64,000 bases of DNA from Amoebophrya sp. A120 (Eukaryota > Protista > Dinoflagellata): positions 3,230,833 to 3,294,832 of the forward strand of contig CAJINV010000005.1 of the NCBI GenBank assembly GCA_905178155.1, given 5' to 3'. A program made the translations under genes and the position numbers. This document shows, in pieces, positions 33,796 through 47,400 of this stretch. Each line of letters starts with the position of its first letter. The stretch's first letter is position 1. The notes under the pieces were generated by a model. That model searched no databases. It was not told where the DNA came from and saw nothing but the letters and a program-made list of their open reading frames with translations.

Positions 33796-34854
33796 ATGGC
33801 AATTGCTCGGCTTTTACTCGTTGCTACTGATAAATGTTGCAACGTCCACGTCGTCGCGCATCGAATAATATTGAGACTTCTACACTCGAACGACTTTGGC
33901 TTTCCACTGTGCCAGCAGATCTTTTTCTCTTCGCGATACTCACAGCTCCGCAATTCGTTTAGCATACGACATAAAACTTCTATGGCCGCGCCGAGCTTTC
34001 TGGATAATCGACAGCTGCGTGCACTCGACACGTATTGTTTGATTATTCAAGCGGTCTGACAACATGATCTCTGTGTTGCTGCTACAGCTTCACGCGCTTT
34101 GTGGAGACGTAAGTGCGCGGCTTGAATTTTGTTCGTTGGAATGCTGCTGCTCGGAAAACTTTTCTCCGTGAAGCATGATCTATTATCTATCAGACTCACG
34201 ATCGAATTTCAAGAAGCACTCGGTGAGAGCAGGAGAAAAATGTATCTTGATGACTTGAACGAATCAATAACATTTGAGTCGGTGTAGTTGCTGCTGTGAA
34301 CAATATGAATCCTCAAAAATAAGTAGTGCCGCATTAAAATCCGAGATCAGGAACGTAATCGGTGCACCGCAAGCAGAGGATCCTTGGCACTATGCGCAGG
34401 ATTCATCGACAAAATTCAAATTCGTTCATTGTGTTGTGATCAGAAAGTAAAAATCCTCCCTCTCGGTGCTGGCACAGTGTCGGTGAATACAAATGATCGG
34501 TGGAAACAAGATCAGTTGGATACTAGTCACGCCGGCGCATGACGGAAACAAAATCGCTGCACTGTCGTGATCTCAATTGTGAAAGAAATCGATGTGTGTT
34601 TTTTTATTCGCCTGATGAACAGGAACACTTGATTTACCTACTACTAGATATTCACAACGTCAATCAACATTTTCGTACAAAAATGTGATGTAATGTTTTT
34701 CGTGTAGCAAGCTGTAGCTGCAACCAACTTTTAAGTTATCTTTTTCCTAGAGGAATATCATAAGTTTGTCATATCTATGTATGATTAGCGTGGTAAACTC
34801 ATATCCAGGTGCTAATCATGTTTTTAAGAGACCTCTAGTTTCTGTTTGTATTTG

Positions 34855-37800
34855 ATGCCGATTCTCAGCCCCGACGCGTATGAGCGTGCACACGAGTGGG
34901 GCAATCCTGATGCTGCCAATTATAGAAGTGCCGGCTACAGACACAGAGGAAGTTCCTCGTGTTGTTCTTGCCGACGTCGGCGGAGACGGCGCACCTGGAT
35001 CGTCAACACAAATTTCTTTCCTCCAAGCGACCACAACGCACCACCGCCGATATTGCAGTCGCTAGATGGAGGTGGACGAGCGCCGTCTGTTAATTATAGT
35101 CCGGGACTCCTGGCTAGAAGAACAACAACCGCAAGACGAGCACCTTTGGTCACGCCCTCGACGTCTGCGCAGCAAGCCCCGGCGGTGACCATCACCCGAG
35201 TGGGTAACGACCACGATGGCAGCAGCAGCTCTTGCAGTTGGACAGGAGGAGCTCCTGTGGGTACAGCGGGTACAATAACACCTCAGAAGATACATAACCG
35301 TACCAACGAAACTACACGGCTTGTTACGTCGGCACGACCAGCATCTTCTTCACAGGGCACCAGGGAAGATTACCAACATCTTCATGATTCTGGGGAACAA
35401 GAAAACGGTATTAATAGCAGCACCATTCGGCTTCCAGCATCATCACCTCTGGACGAGGGGATCAGACAAATCGACACCAGCACCAGAATAAAACCATCAC
35501 CGCAGCTAAGTTCGACATCTAGTCCCTCGAGTAGGAGTAGAGGAGCGAAAGCCAGCGAAGGACAACATCAAAAGGAGGACAGAACATCATCATTAAAGAA
35601 CCGCACTCGTTTTCTGAAAGCCCTGGCGCAGACCTCGAAGACCTTCGTTTCGGTTCTTCTTATCTGTGTGCCCTTCGTCACCGCCTATTTGTGCGGGTGG
35701 GAAGATGGTCTGGGCCAGTCCGGAATCAACATGCTGTGCTGGGCGGTGGTTGCGACGTTGTGGTGGAACGCCGGGACAACGAGCCGCTTGGAGCAGCAAA
35801 TGTCCTTTCTCGTCGTGGCGCTGCTGGCCTCCCTGGTCGTCACTTTTATCGGGTATTTGTACGCGTTCTTCATTCTCGCGACCGTCCCCAACGTGGACAA
35901 CTCGGACAGTTTCCGCATCCACGTCATCGTCTTTTTTTGCGCGTTTCCGCCCTTCTTGTGCCTCCTGGAGTTTCTGAACCAGTACTACTTCAACTACTAC
36001 GGGTTCAAGTCCATTGTCGTCATGGCGATGTCCACACTGATCGGGCAGTTGGTGGCGGGGATGATGAACTACAATTTATCCGACGCGGCGAAGTACAATG
36101 CCGCGGTGCGGCAGAACAAGATGGTCGAGGATATCCTCGTGGAATTAGGTTCGGAAACCACAGCCACGGGGATTTTCCTCACGGAAAAGTACTCCGTCGA
36201 CGAAACCGCCGTCCTTCCGGTGCACACGCAGAACATCTACCTGCTAGTTGCCCGCCGGGCCGGCGGCATGGCGATCGGGGTCATCGTTGCGGTTTTGGTG
36301 GCGTTGTTTCTGCCGCTGCTGTTTCCCACATACCTGAAAGCGAAGCGGGCGAAGGTGGAAATTTTCGACAACACAAGGCAGATCGTGTTTGACAGCTTTG
36401 AGATGCTGTTGTGCCAGTTGCGAGCCTATGTCGAGGACCAAGAGTACAGGAGAAGAATTGTCATGGCCATCGAGGGGAAAGGGGAGCGAGTTTTGATGTC
36501 GCCGAAGGGTCGTGGAGCCGCATACGGTCGCGCGGCGGGATGTTCCTCGTCCGGTGGAATTGCAACTTCCGTACAAGCTGGAGCAATTATACAAGGAAAC
36601 AACGTAAAAATATTGACTGGTGGACGAACTATGCACACTGGGCAGCGCCACCAAAGTGAAGGAACATCAAGAGCTCTACCCTACTACGGATATAATTGCG
36701 CCACAACATCTCCCGGCACCGGCAGTGCGAGCACTTCGAACAATTTGTTGATGAGTCCCTCCCCTCCGCCGGGTTTGGTGTATCAACAGGCTCTGAATTC
36801 CAGGTTCGAGGCCGCCCGGAGCAGGGCAAGCAACGTCGACGCGGATTATATTGTCCACAGAACATCACCAGCTGCGCCGTTCGAGTTGGTGTTTTCTTCC
36901 GAAGAGGAGGCGGGTCAGAGGACTGCTCTGTTTGCGGATCACAGCAATCATGGCACCAGCGGAACATCATCGATTTTTGACGCCAGAACTAGTACCAGCC
37001 ACAATGCAACTGCAGCAGCTCTTCACGCGAGTGCGGGCCGCGCTGAAGAAGATCCGAACCTCGTATCTACTTTGAACAGTACAGGACTTCGAACGGAGGT
37101 CGCTAGAAGTACACGAAATACTAAAACGACATCTGCTCTGATGAAAACAGCAGGAGTAGATGAACAATCTGTTCGCGGCTTCGACGACCTGGAGACTACG
37201 AGCACACAAAAATCTGGAAATTATCCCGGAACATCAAAACGTGGTGGGCTCTTTCTGTCGAACAAAAGCTCCGCTCCCCTCGCTAGTAGTACAGCTACCC
37301 TGCTAGAGGTGCCGTCAGGTGTACTACATCATGCCCATCATCATCATCGTTATCATCATCATCACCAACACCCTCACCATTACCCCAGCCACCAGTTCCT
37401 GCCTCTCCAAACCTTCCGGCACACCGTGCGAAAGGTGATTTGGTGCCGTCGCGTGTTGCTCTCCCTAAACTGGGAGTGGTCCACGGTGAAGCGGTATGCA
37501 TTGCAAAACCAAAAGTATCGTACTAGTATGAATTGCAATACAAAGTTCCTCAGCATGAGAAATAAAATTTGTAATGCGGATTCAACTTGAGAAAGAAACT
37601 TGTAATGCATGTATGGGATTACTACGAGTGCGATACTTTTGCACAGGATAAGCGGAAGTGCAAGGACCTGCACGCGACATCCATGGAGCGAATCTTCGAC
37701 ACGCGCTCGGCCTGGAAGGACTGCGTCCAGCTGCGCCAGCTGCTCAGCGGCGTCCTGCAGTACCTGTTTCCGATGATCCGCCCCGTGGCGGAGACCAAAT

Positions 37801-40363
37801 TGGTGTTTTCCACGCTCGACCAGTGGGCGGAACTGGTGACGGGGAGAGCGCGCGAGTTGTACGGGCGAACCGCGCGGGCCTCGGACTTGAAAGAAGCGTT
37901 ACCGGTGCCCATGCGCGACATGGTGGTGGTGATCGACAAGATTCAGAAGTCCCTGGCCGCGTTGATGGTGTTCGACATGCAGGTATGCAATGTAAATTTC
38001 CCGTACATGTACAAAATGCATGACAAATTTCGCTAACTTGCAGTGTCTAACTTGTCATGCTAGACTAGGACGGAAGGCAAGTTTTGTCATGCAGAGATGA
38101 TGATGCAGAGACTGCATTTGTACGTGTACGGGAAATTTACTGTGGATAGCAGGAAATGCTGTTGAAAGGGGGTGGCTGGCCGATCAAGGAGATAGACAGT
38201 AGTTGTTCGAGTCGTGGTGCAACAGCCCTGGGGGTGGCACAGAAAAATATTGAGGCACAGACTGGCACCAGATGCAATCTCCCCTACAAGAACTCTGTGG
38301 ACCAACACGAGGACCCCGGCGCAGGACCAAATCCACCTCTTACGCAGGTTGACGCTGAAGCAAAGCAAGAAAGGGAACCGCTTTTATTCGTGCACGAGAA
38401 TACGAACAGAAGTTCAACTTCTAGAGGTCGTCGTGTGACTGTTGACGACGGCCGCGCGCGAGGGGTTCGAAGCCGGGTGGTGGAGCGGAGAATCTTGGAT
38501 GCGCTGAATGCACCATACGACAAATTTTTCACGGGACCATACGACAAATTCAGCGGCTCGGTCTTGGAACAACAACATTTACAGTATCAAGGTGAGGACC
38601 AAACAAGCGGGGAAGAAGTGATCGACGAGACTGTTCTTGCGTATTTTTTCGTGGTGTGGCACAACCTGGATGTGGTTTGCGAAGCCTTGGCCGAATTGTC
38701 GCAACTTTTGGCGGACTGGCGCGAGAACTACCTCCCCCTCGTCATCGCGCGGGACGAGCAGAGGCAGAATCTAAGGAATGCAGGAAATATTGTGGGCTTT
38801 TCTGCGAGTTTATTGTTGGAAGAAGCTGCTGCTGGTGCGTCGACCACGAGAACGACATCGGCTTCGAGTGTCGCTGCAGCGCTTGATGGGAAGAACAAAA
38901 GGACTCTATCCGACGACCGGGCTTCGACAGTTTCTGACGACTATGACTCTTGTGCCTGCCCGTTCGCAGCTAGTGAATTAAATGCTGGCGGTGGTCAGCA
39001 GGAGGAGAAAAAACAAGTGCAAGAAGGTGTTGCACTGCAAGCAAATAATCTTGAAGAAGATAAGCTCGCCGGGGGCTCCACCGCGACGAAAGGCCGGCTC
39101 TTAACGGGCAGTGATTTCTACTGGGCGAAAAACAGCGACAGTGTGCACAGCACGACCACAGGAAGAAGTACATCCGCAACCGTCAAGATGCTGCACGACG
39201 AGCAGCAGGATGAGTATAATGCCGCTTTGTCGACGAAAACGCTGCTGAGGAATTTGAAGGCGAAATCGACCATGCGGGGGCTGGGAAAATTACTCGCTCA
39301 GAGGGATCATGACTTCCACGCGCAAGTCCGAAAATCGTTCAGGGAAAGGCAGACCACCACTAAGGACGCGCATCTGTGGCACGGAGGAGCCTCCAGATCA
39401 AGCGGGAGGGGCCTTGAGGACAGCGACAGTGGACAACTCCAGACGAGCCACACTTTCGGTGGGCTCACGAGTTGGGAAGCGGCGAGACACTTTGACATGC
39501 CGGAGGACGACAGTGGGCCGCCACGTGCTGAAGAATATGGGACCAGTGCTATTCTACTTGACCAGCACAAGGAGAAGTCGGACACCACCACTATGAATCG
39601 CCTGCAGCGCCGGCTAGCGGAACTAAAAGCTACGCCTTCAAGAACGGTTGGAGGAGCTGGAATGTTGAGTGCAGCCTCGGCGTCAAGTAGGAAAGGTTTG
39701 TCGGAGGACCTTTTTGGAAGTACTTCTAGTGAGGTTGTTCTTGTTGACCCCGAGGACCATGGAGGTCCGGCTAGCAGGGACAATAATAAAGAAGTCGGAG
39801 CGGCGGCACAAGAGCAATTTTTATCTTCTGGTACAACGACGCTACGACGGAAAGAGCCGCTTTCTGCATCCTCACCGAGTTTCTTCGAGAAAACCGCGGA
39901 GAGGACGACCACGGCAAGTCCCTTAAGTCAACACGGCGCCAGCTCTTCCCCGCATGTGACCTTCAGCATCCCCTCCCCGTTGCTCCTGCACAAAACAGAA
40001 AATCATGGAAAGGCGGCACAAAGCGACCCACGACCACCTGCAAAAATTGTTCCGACTAGTAGCGAGGAGTTCTACACAGCAAATCATGAAGACACCCAGC
40101 ACGAGTTCTTGGACCCCGCGGCATCGTCGCCCGACCCACATCACGGTCAACAACAATATCGTCCAGGAAGGTCTATGCCAAACAAGGTCGAATACAGTTG
40201 GGAATTTACGCACTTCCTCGGCTCCATGTCCTATCTGCATGAGGAGTGGACGCTGTTCACCTTACATTTGACGCAGTTGTTGCTGCCGCGAGACTGGGAA
40301 ACCGTTCGGGATGTGAAGCTGCGACTCGAGAAGTGCCGGGTCATAACGTCTTCTTCCGCGTGA
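34855..40363 (+). CDS. Multi-pass membrane protein (FUSC/ALMT-like), paralog 1; exons 34855-37494, 37656-37983, 38154-40363
   Basis: About 6 hydrophobic segments ending in RRAGGMAIGVIVAVLVALFLPLLFP, then helical blocks separated by low-complexity inserts. Collinear with 41443-48673. Confidence 0.7.
37495..37650. mobile_element. Introner family C
   Basis: aaaagtatcgtactagta / tacgagtgcgatactttt; TSD agcgg. Confidence 0.9.
37984..38148. mobile_element. Introner family D
   Basis: Same TIR as the element at 30959; TSD gcagg, which allows a GT-AG intron at 37983-38152. Confidence 0.9.
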
Positions 40364-41442
40364 TTCGAAGGCGTGTGGGCATGTTCATTGGCGGTTTCTC
40401 TTCCCTGATCACACAGGAACGCCTAGCTTCCACTTGGTACTAGAAAACAAGGCGAACCACTAGTAAGTACAACGACTGACTACGACCCTGTTGCGGGCCT
40501 CAAAGAAATTGTTCCAAAAACCAGCCGTAAGTACCTCAACATCAATCCAATGCGACAATTGATTCATCAAGCACGAAAACTCATCGACAAATCTATCATA
40601 TGCAGTGTGATATCACTGTCACTCCGGGTGTTTCTGTTCACCTGAGCGTGAGCACTTTCAGTTTATAGTATGGTCGCTGCTCAGATCGGTTCGGGCTTTT
40701 TTACTGTGGACTAGAACTCACAACGAGTATGTGATCGATGCAGTCGTGCTTCTAAATATGGAAAGTGAAAACTAAAAGCAAAACAAGCAACAATTGCCAA
40801 ACTCGGTGTGCTTTCCGGTCCTTTTACTTAGTTCGAAAGCGTGAAAGAAAAAGAATCAGAATTATGGTTCAAATGTCGGTTATTTAATAATTTCAAGTTC
40901 AAGATGAAGATCCGCAGAAGATCAGGAGATCCCCGCAAAAAATCCTGCTCGTAGAGGTCGCCCATGGATATTGAATACGATCAAAAGGATCCAGATCAAT
41001 CTCGGAGAACGAAAAACATTAACATGGACAAGATGAAAAAGATCCGACTTATCGCGATCATCATCGTTCTTCGCACCACGGCTTGGATGTCAAGTGATTA
41101 CTCAAACTCATATCATTTCGTTATGACAGGAAGTTTGTTTGCTAGTACTAGAAGTAGAACTAGTGAAACTGTGTAAGTCAAACTAGTCTTTCCAGCGCGG
41201 ATTTCTTGAACTAAGTCAGTGCGCCCTTGAAGAAAAGGGCTTGTATTTTGCTCTTTTCTTTGTTGCCTGGAGATAGAGTCATCTCCGTTTCTATCTTTCA
41301 TCGCCCTTGTGAAAGATAATTATGCCCTCTCGTCTACTTCCTTCTCCTAATATCTCACAGTATCTGTGACAAGCGCCTTCTTCTAAAGGAGCTGCGTTCC
41401 AACGTAATATTATAAAGATAGGACTACACAACTAGTATTAAA

Positions 41443-44400
41443 ATGACGCTGCTAACCCCGGCAGCGTACGAGCGCGCCCGGGAGTGGGGCAACCCCGACG
41501 GCAAAATAACGGAAGATGGACGAACGAGGGCGGGTGACAGCAAGCGAAAGTGGGTGGTGAACGCGAACTTCTTCCAGAAGCCCGACGAGCCAATGCCGCC
41601 GATTGTGGCACCGTCGGGATGGCGTCGTTCCACTGGGAGTTCTGGACAACGAAACGACAGCGCGGCCCTTACCATCACTCAATCCCAGAAGCTGAAGCAA
41701 AATTTACGCATGATGAAGCCATCAGGACCTACAGGAGCTTCTGTGGCACATCAACAACTTGGGGTCAATAGTACCTCCGGAAAAACAAACACGAATGCGA
41801 AGGACATCAAGGGAAAGAAAAAGAATAAAGACCAAAGCATAAATAATTCTGCTAGTAAAGATCTCCATGCGCCGCGAGGTGGTGGAGGGTCTTCTTCGTC
41901 CTCTTCCTGCTGCAGTTCGCAAAGTAAGTGGCTGATTGCGCTGGTCGAAACTTTGCGGACCTGGGTCAGCGCGATGGTGCTCTGCGGGACCTTTTGCGGG
42001 CTTTACCTCGGAGGGTGGCAAGACGCGATGAACACGTCCGGGATCAACATGCTGGGCTGGGCGTTGGTGTCCTGTCTCTGGTGGCTGTCGGCCGCGACCA
42101 ACGAGCGCCTGGAGCAAATGCTCGCCTTCCTTGTCGTCGCCCTGCTCGGGGCCGTGGCGGTGTTGGTACTGGGCCTGCTGTACGCGACTTTCGTTCTCTA
42201 CTGTCTCCCGGACGTGACCTCGGAAAACAGCTTCCGCATTCACATCGTCTCCTTCCTGATTGTTTTGCCCACCTTCCTGCTCGGGGTGGGCCGTTTTTTC
42301 GATCGGTTTTACCAGCCGCATGGGTTCAAGCGGATCTATCAAGTGTAAAAACGTACCCACACCAGAGTCAAGATGGGGATTTTGCAACACAAACCTAGGA
42401 GTTTTGGGAGTCACGCATGACAAGTTTCAGTCCGTAAGGCAGTGCAAGTTAGCAAGGAAAGCCGCATCACAAATCGACCTGCTGATCCTGTTCATAGCAT
42501 CACAAATTCCAAAACACGATTGGAAATGGCCCTCATGGGGATGCGCATCACAAATGTCTTTGTCATTGCAAATCTGCATTACAACTCTGGGGTGGGTACG
42601 TTTTTACTCAGGATAGGATCGTGGCGTTAACCATGTCCATCTTCGTCGTGTTGGTCTGCTCCCTCCTCATCTATCACCTAGCCGACGTATCAAATGTAGA
42701 AATGTCTGGGTCTGGAAGAATGCAACTTGTGATGCTAAATCTGAAGCATGCAAAAATCTGTGTTGCATGATTACCAAAAGTCGTCCAGTTTTGACCAAGT
42801 CGGGAGGGGTTTTCTCATGCAGGATAGGCATGAGAGAGATCGCGCAGAATCTGTCTTGCTAGGTCCTGCATTCCAGACGTCATGGGTCATGGAAAAGGTG
42901 CATGACAAATCGCGCACTCTTCCAGACCCAGACATTTTTGCATTCGATACGACGCCGGCAAGTACGATGCGGCGGTGTCGCAAAACGAGGTTCTGCGGCA
43001 GTTCTGGTTCGATCTGTTCCCCGGGTCCCCGCCGGACAGCTACCCGGGAGGAGGAGGAGGAGGGGGTGGAATAAATGTTGTCGAAGACGATGATCCCTGG
43101 GAGAGATTCGCGAAGTTTCAGGCCGCGCAACTGATCAGACGGTATCACACCGATCCGAACCAGATTCCGCAGGTGCACCGGGAGAACATGTTTCTCCTCG
43201 TGTTCCGCAGGTCGGGAGCGATGGCGATCGGGGTGGTGGTTGCGGTCCTCGTCGCCCTGATCCTCCCGTTCGTGTTTCCGAGGTACCTCAAGACAAACCG
43301 CGCCAAGGTGCAGATCTTCGACAACACCCGCGCCATCGTGTTTGACTCGTTTGAGATTTTGCTGGTACAGCTACGGGCGTATGTGGACGACCAGGAGTAC
43401 AGGAGACGGCTATTGGGGGCGATCGAGATGAACGATGGCACGCCGGATGAGGGGGATGAAAATGAATACGATGGCGATAGAAGCACAGTCGGGCTGGAAG
43501 TTGATATTAATGCCGGAAGTTCATCTTCCACAACGGGAACGACGGCGACGCCGACCATAATTTGTTCCCCGCCAGCCGCCGGCCCGCAAAGTACAAGTAG
43601 ATTTGGTTTTGGTCCCGTGGGCGAAAATTTGGAAGTTGGCCAGCACGACGGATCAGGTGGACGAAGTAGCCCTAGTGGTCGCAACATTTTTGCCAGTACA
43701 ACTAGCCCGCACCCGCGGGGATCACCAAGAGCAGACGCCGGAATAATAAACCGATCTTCGAACCTATTGCTGTATCCCGGCGGAGGTGCTGACCAATCGA
43801 GGACGCGGGTTTACTCCATCACGTCCTCAGGATTGGTATCGTCTGGTGGAGACACTGTGCGTGACGGCGACGACGAGGACTCTCTTCACGGTCGGGAAAT
43901 GTTCAACGAAAGAGTGCAAGAGGATGCTCGGGGCGGGCTACTTCATGCAGGAACAACCGGAGCTTTTGCACTTTCTGCAGGTGGTACTAGTGGTGGCGAG
44001 AGGATGAACAGCGGGGGTGGTGATAGGGGCACCTCCGGATTTTTAGCCAGATTCGGCTCCTCGTCGTCTTCGCGACCGAACTACAACTTACAACCCGAAG
44101 GTGCGAAGAACAGCAGTAAAACCACATCTACTACAGCATTGAAACGGCCGGAAGACAACAATGCGGTCCTGGCTCAACGACCCTTGTTTTCATCATCATC
44201 TAGTTTTGGTCGGGCGGGTTTGGTAGGAGCTGCGGGTGGTCCACCGGTTCATCATCCAAGAAGCATATTTTCCTCAACAAATACCGACTATTCCACAGAG
44301 GAGGAGGAAAAGTTACACCGCACGGTATCGCACCTCGACCAGCGGAAAAAGCTGTGCAGCTTTGTTTCAACCTCGTCCAGAACCCGAGCGGCGGTGGTGC

Positions 44401-47400
44401 CTCAGAAGTCCTTGCACGGTGCGACAGGTCGTGGTGAGACCGTTCTCGAAAGAAATACTTCGCTCGGTGCTACTGCATTACTACACCCACAACATGCAGG
44501 AGATGTAGATGAAGTTGAAGTAATTCATCCTGATAGAAACAATCCCACGATTGCATCGTTTGCTCCGCCCACAGCCTGTGGCGTAGTGGGACGAGGATTG
44601 CAGCTTCAACATCACAGCACGACAGCCCCTTCGAACTCCTGCACGACAAATTATTTGACGGCCAGCAAGCAAACTACTGCGGCCCACCAACATCATCAAC
44701 TTCATCACCATCCCCTCACCCCCCTCCAGAAGTTTCGCCAGGTCGTTATGGGGCTCTCAAACGTTACATTCTCAGCTGTTACATGATTTGTCATGCAAAA
44801 ACACTATCACGACTATTCACACGACCAAGTCTGCCTTGCATGACAACTTCTCGACGCGCTAAATAGCACTATAATCCGTCCCAAATCTGTAATGCAAAAG
44901 GCGCAATCTTCCTCCTGTACTTTATTGCCACTCTTGCATTACAAATTCATGTAACAGTTGAAAATGTAACGTTTGAGAACTCCATAGTCGTTCGTCGTGT
45001 GATGTGGCGCCGGCGGGTTTTGCTGTCCCTCGACGCAGGCACGGCGACTACCCGTATGGATTGTAAAAGTGTCTGGGTCTCCTGGAAGATTGCACCTTGT
45101 CATGCTGTTTTTGGACTCTAAAAAAATTTGTATTGCATGACCAGCAAGAGGGGACAGTTTTTGCTACACGGACAGGGCATTTCTCATGCGGAATGTACAT
45201 CAGGAAGCCCTCGAAAAGTCTGCGATGCTAGGTCAAGCATTACAGGCATCATGGGACATGAGAAATATGCATGACAAATCTTGCATCCTTCCAGACCCAG
45301 ACATTTTTGCATTTGATAACCCGGACGTGCAAGCAACTCCACGCCAAGTCCATGTCGCGTTTTTTCGCGGCGCGGTCCGCCTGGGAAGACTGCGTGCAGT
45401 TGCGACAACTGCTAAGAGGACCGCTCAAGTACTTCTTCCCCATGGTGCGCACGGTGGCGGAGGCGAAGTTACCGCTGTCCACGTTGGATCAGTGGGCGGA
45501 CTTGGTGAACGGCCCCGCAAGGGAGCTGTACGGCCGGACGTCGCGGGCGTCGGACTTGAAGGAGGCGTTGCCGGTGCCCATGCGGGATTTGGTGGAGATT
45601 GTGTCGCGGGTGCAGATATCAAATGCAAAAATGTCGGGGTCTGGAAGATTCTGAAACTTGTCATGCACGTTTTGGATGAGCCATGATGTCTGTGATGCAT
45701 GCCCTAGCATCCCAGGTTTTTTGAGGGATTCTTGATGCCTATTCCGCATGACAGATGCCCTCTCCGCGTAGCAGAAATTGGATTCCTTTTGCTGCTCATG
45801 CAACACAAATTTTTTAGACATCCAAATGCAGCATCACAAGTTGCATTCTTCCAGATCCAGATATTTTTGCATTTGATAGCAGAAGTCCCTCGCGGCCCTG
45901 GTGATGTTCGACATGCAGGAGATGCTGCTCAAGGGAGGCGGGTGGCCATTAAAGGAAGTCGCTGAGATGACATGTAGTTCATCTTCAGGGGAGGCCGCGT
46001 CGGAGGGGGCAGGAGATGTTCTCGAAGAGGGTGAAAATCCAGCGACAACCGCGTATGGTGGAACAAGTGCGCTGTACTCAAACTACTACCCAAGAAAGAG
46101 CGATCACAATATTAACGCATCAACAGCGGAACAAGAACAACACGAACAGCCAGGACAATCAGATCAAAATATCCAACATCTTGAAGTAGAAGTACAAGTA
46201 GATCAACATGACGAAACGAAACCGCTTCTCCGCAACAAGAAAAAGCGCACAAAAGCGGCTCAGAGTCGGGCGATCGAGAAACGGATTTTAGATGCTCTGA
46301 ACTCGGGCCACGAGATCATGGGAGGTCCTGAGGTCGGAGCAGACGAAGAAATTCACGAGACTATCCTATGTAAAAACGTACCCACCCCATAGTCAAGATG
46401 GGGAATCGGCTAGACAAATCCACAAGCTTCGGCTGTTTCGCATGACAAATTTGGACGCGTAGTGTAGTGCTGTTTGAGCTAGTTCAGCAGCATTACAGAT
46501 CTAGTCTCTCACGCTGATTGGAGCATGACAAATTTCAAAACACCATTAGAAAATGCTTCTCATGGGGCTCCGCATGAGAAACATTTTAAGCATGCAGATT
46601 TGCATGACAACTATGGTGTGGGTACGTTTTTACTCAGGATAGAAACCGTTCTTGCGTATTTCTTCGTTGTGTGGCACAACCTATCCTGTGCAAAAGTATC
46701 GTACTCGTAGTAATTGCATTTATGCATTACAAATCCAATTCTCAAGGTAAATCAGCATTACAAATTGACTTTGTAATGCTGGGGGAATTTGTAATGCAAT
46801 TTCTACTACTACGGTACAGTACTTTTGCAGTTCATACAACCTGGACGTGTTGTGTCAAGCCTTGACCGACTTGTCCCAGCTCCTGCACGACTGGCGAGAG
46901 AACATTCTCCCGCTCGTTATCGCCCGCGACGAGCAAAAGCAGAACTTCAAGCAGGTGCACTTCTGCATGAGCTTGCTGGGAAGTTTCGCGGAGAATCATG
47001 AGGAGGAGGAGGAGGAGACAATGACGACTCTTCATTCTCATTTCGGATCCGCGACGGGGGAAAGAAGAGGAGTTCACGGAGACGAAGCGGAAGTAGAGGA
47101 CTTCGACTCCTGCAAAGCACCACCTCCTGCTTCTATGCGGCCACCTCAGGACGAACAAGCGGTTGCATTTAATTCAGACGCGAAACATCAAGTAGCATCT
47201 ACAACTACAAAAACGGTGGCTGGTAATTCTGCTGACGCTACGGCGCATGGCCAGAGCAAAAAAGGTACTAGCAACCAAGACGACACGACAAGCACACTGG
47301 TCCTTTTTGACCGAAACACAAATACCGTGAACAGCCACGGGAGCAGTTGCACCAGCAGCCTCCAGCAGCGATTGGACCGGAACCAAGACAGCGTGAACAG

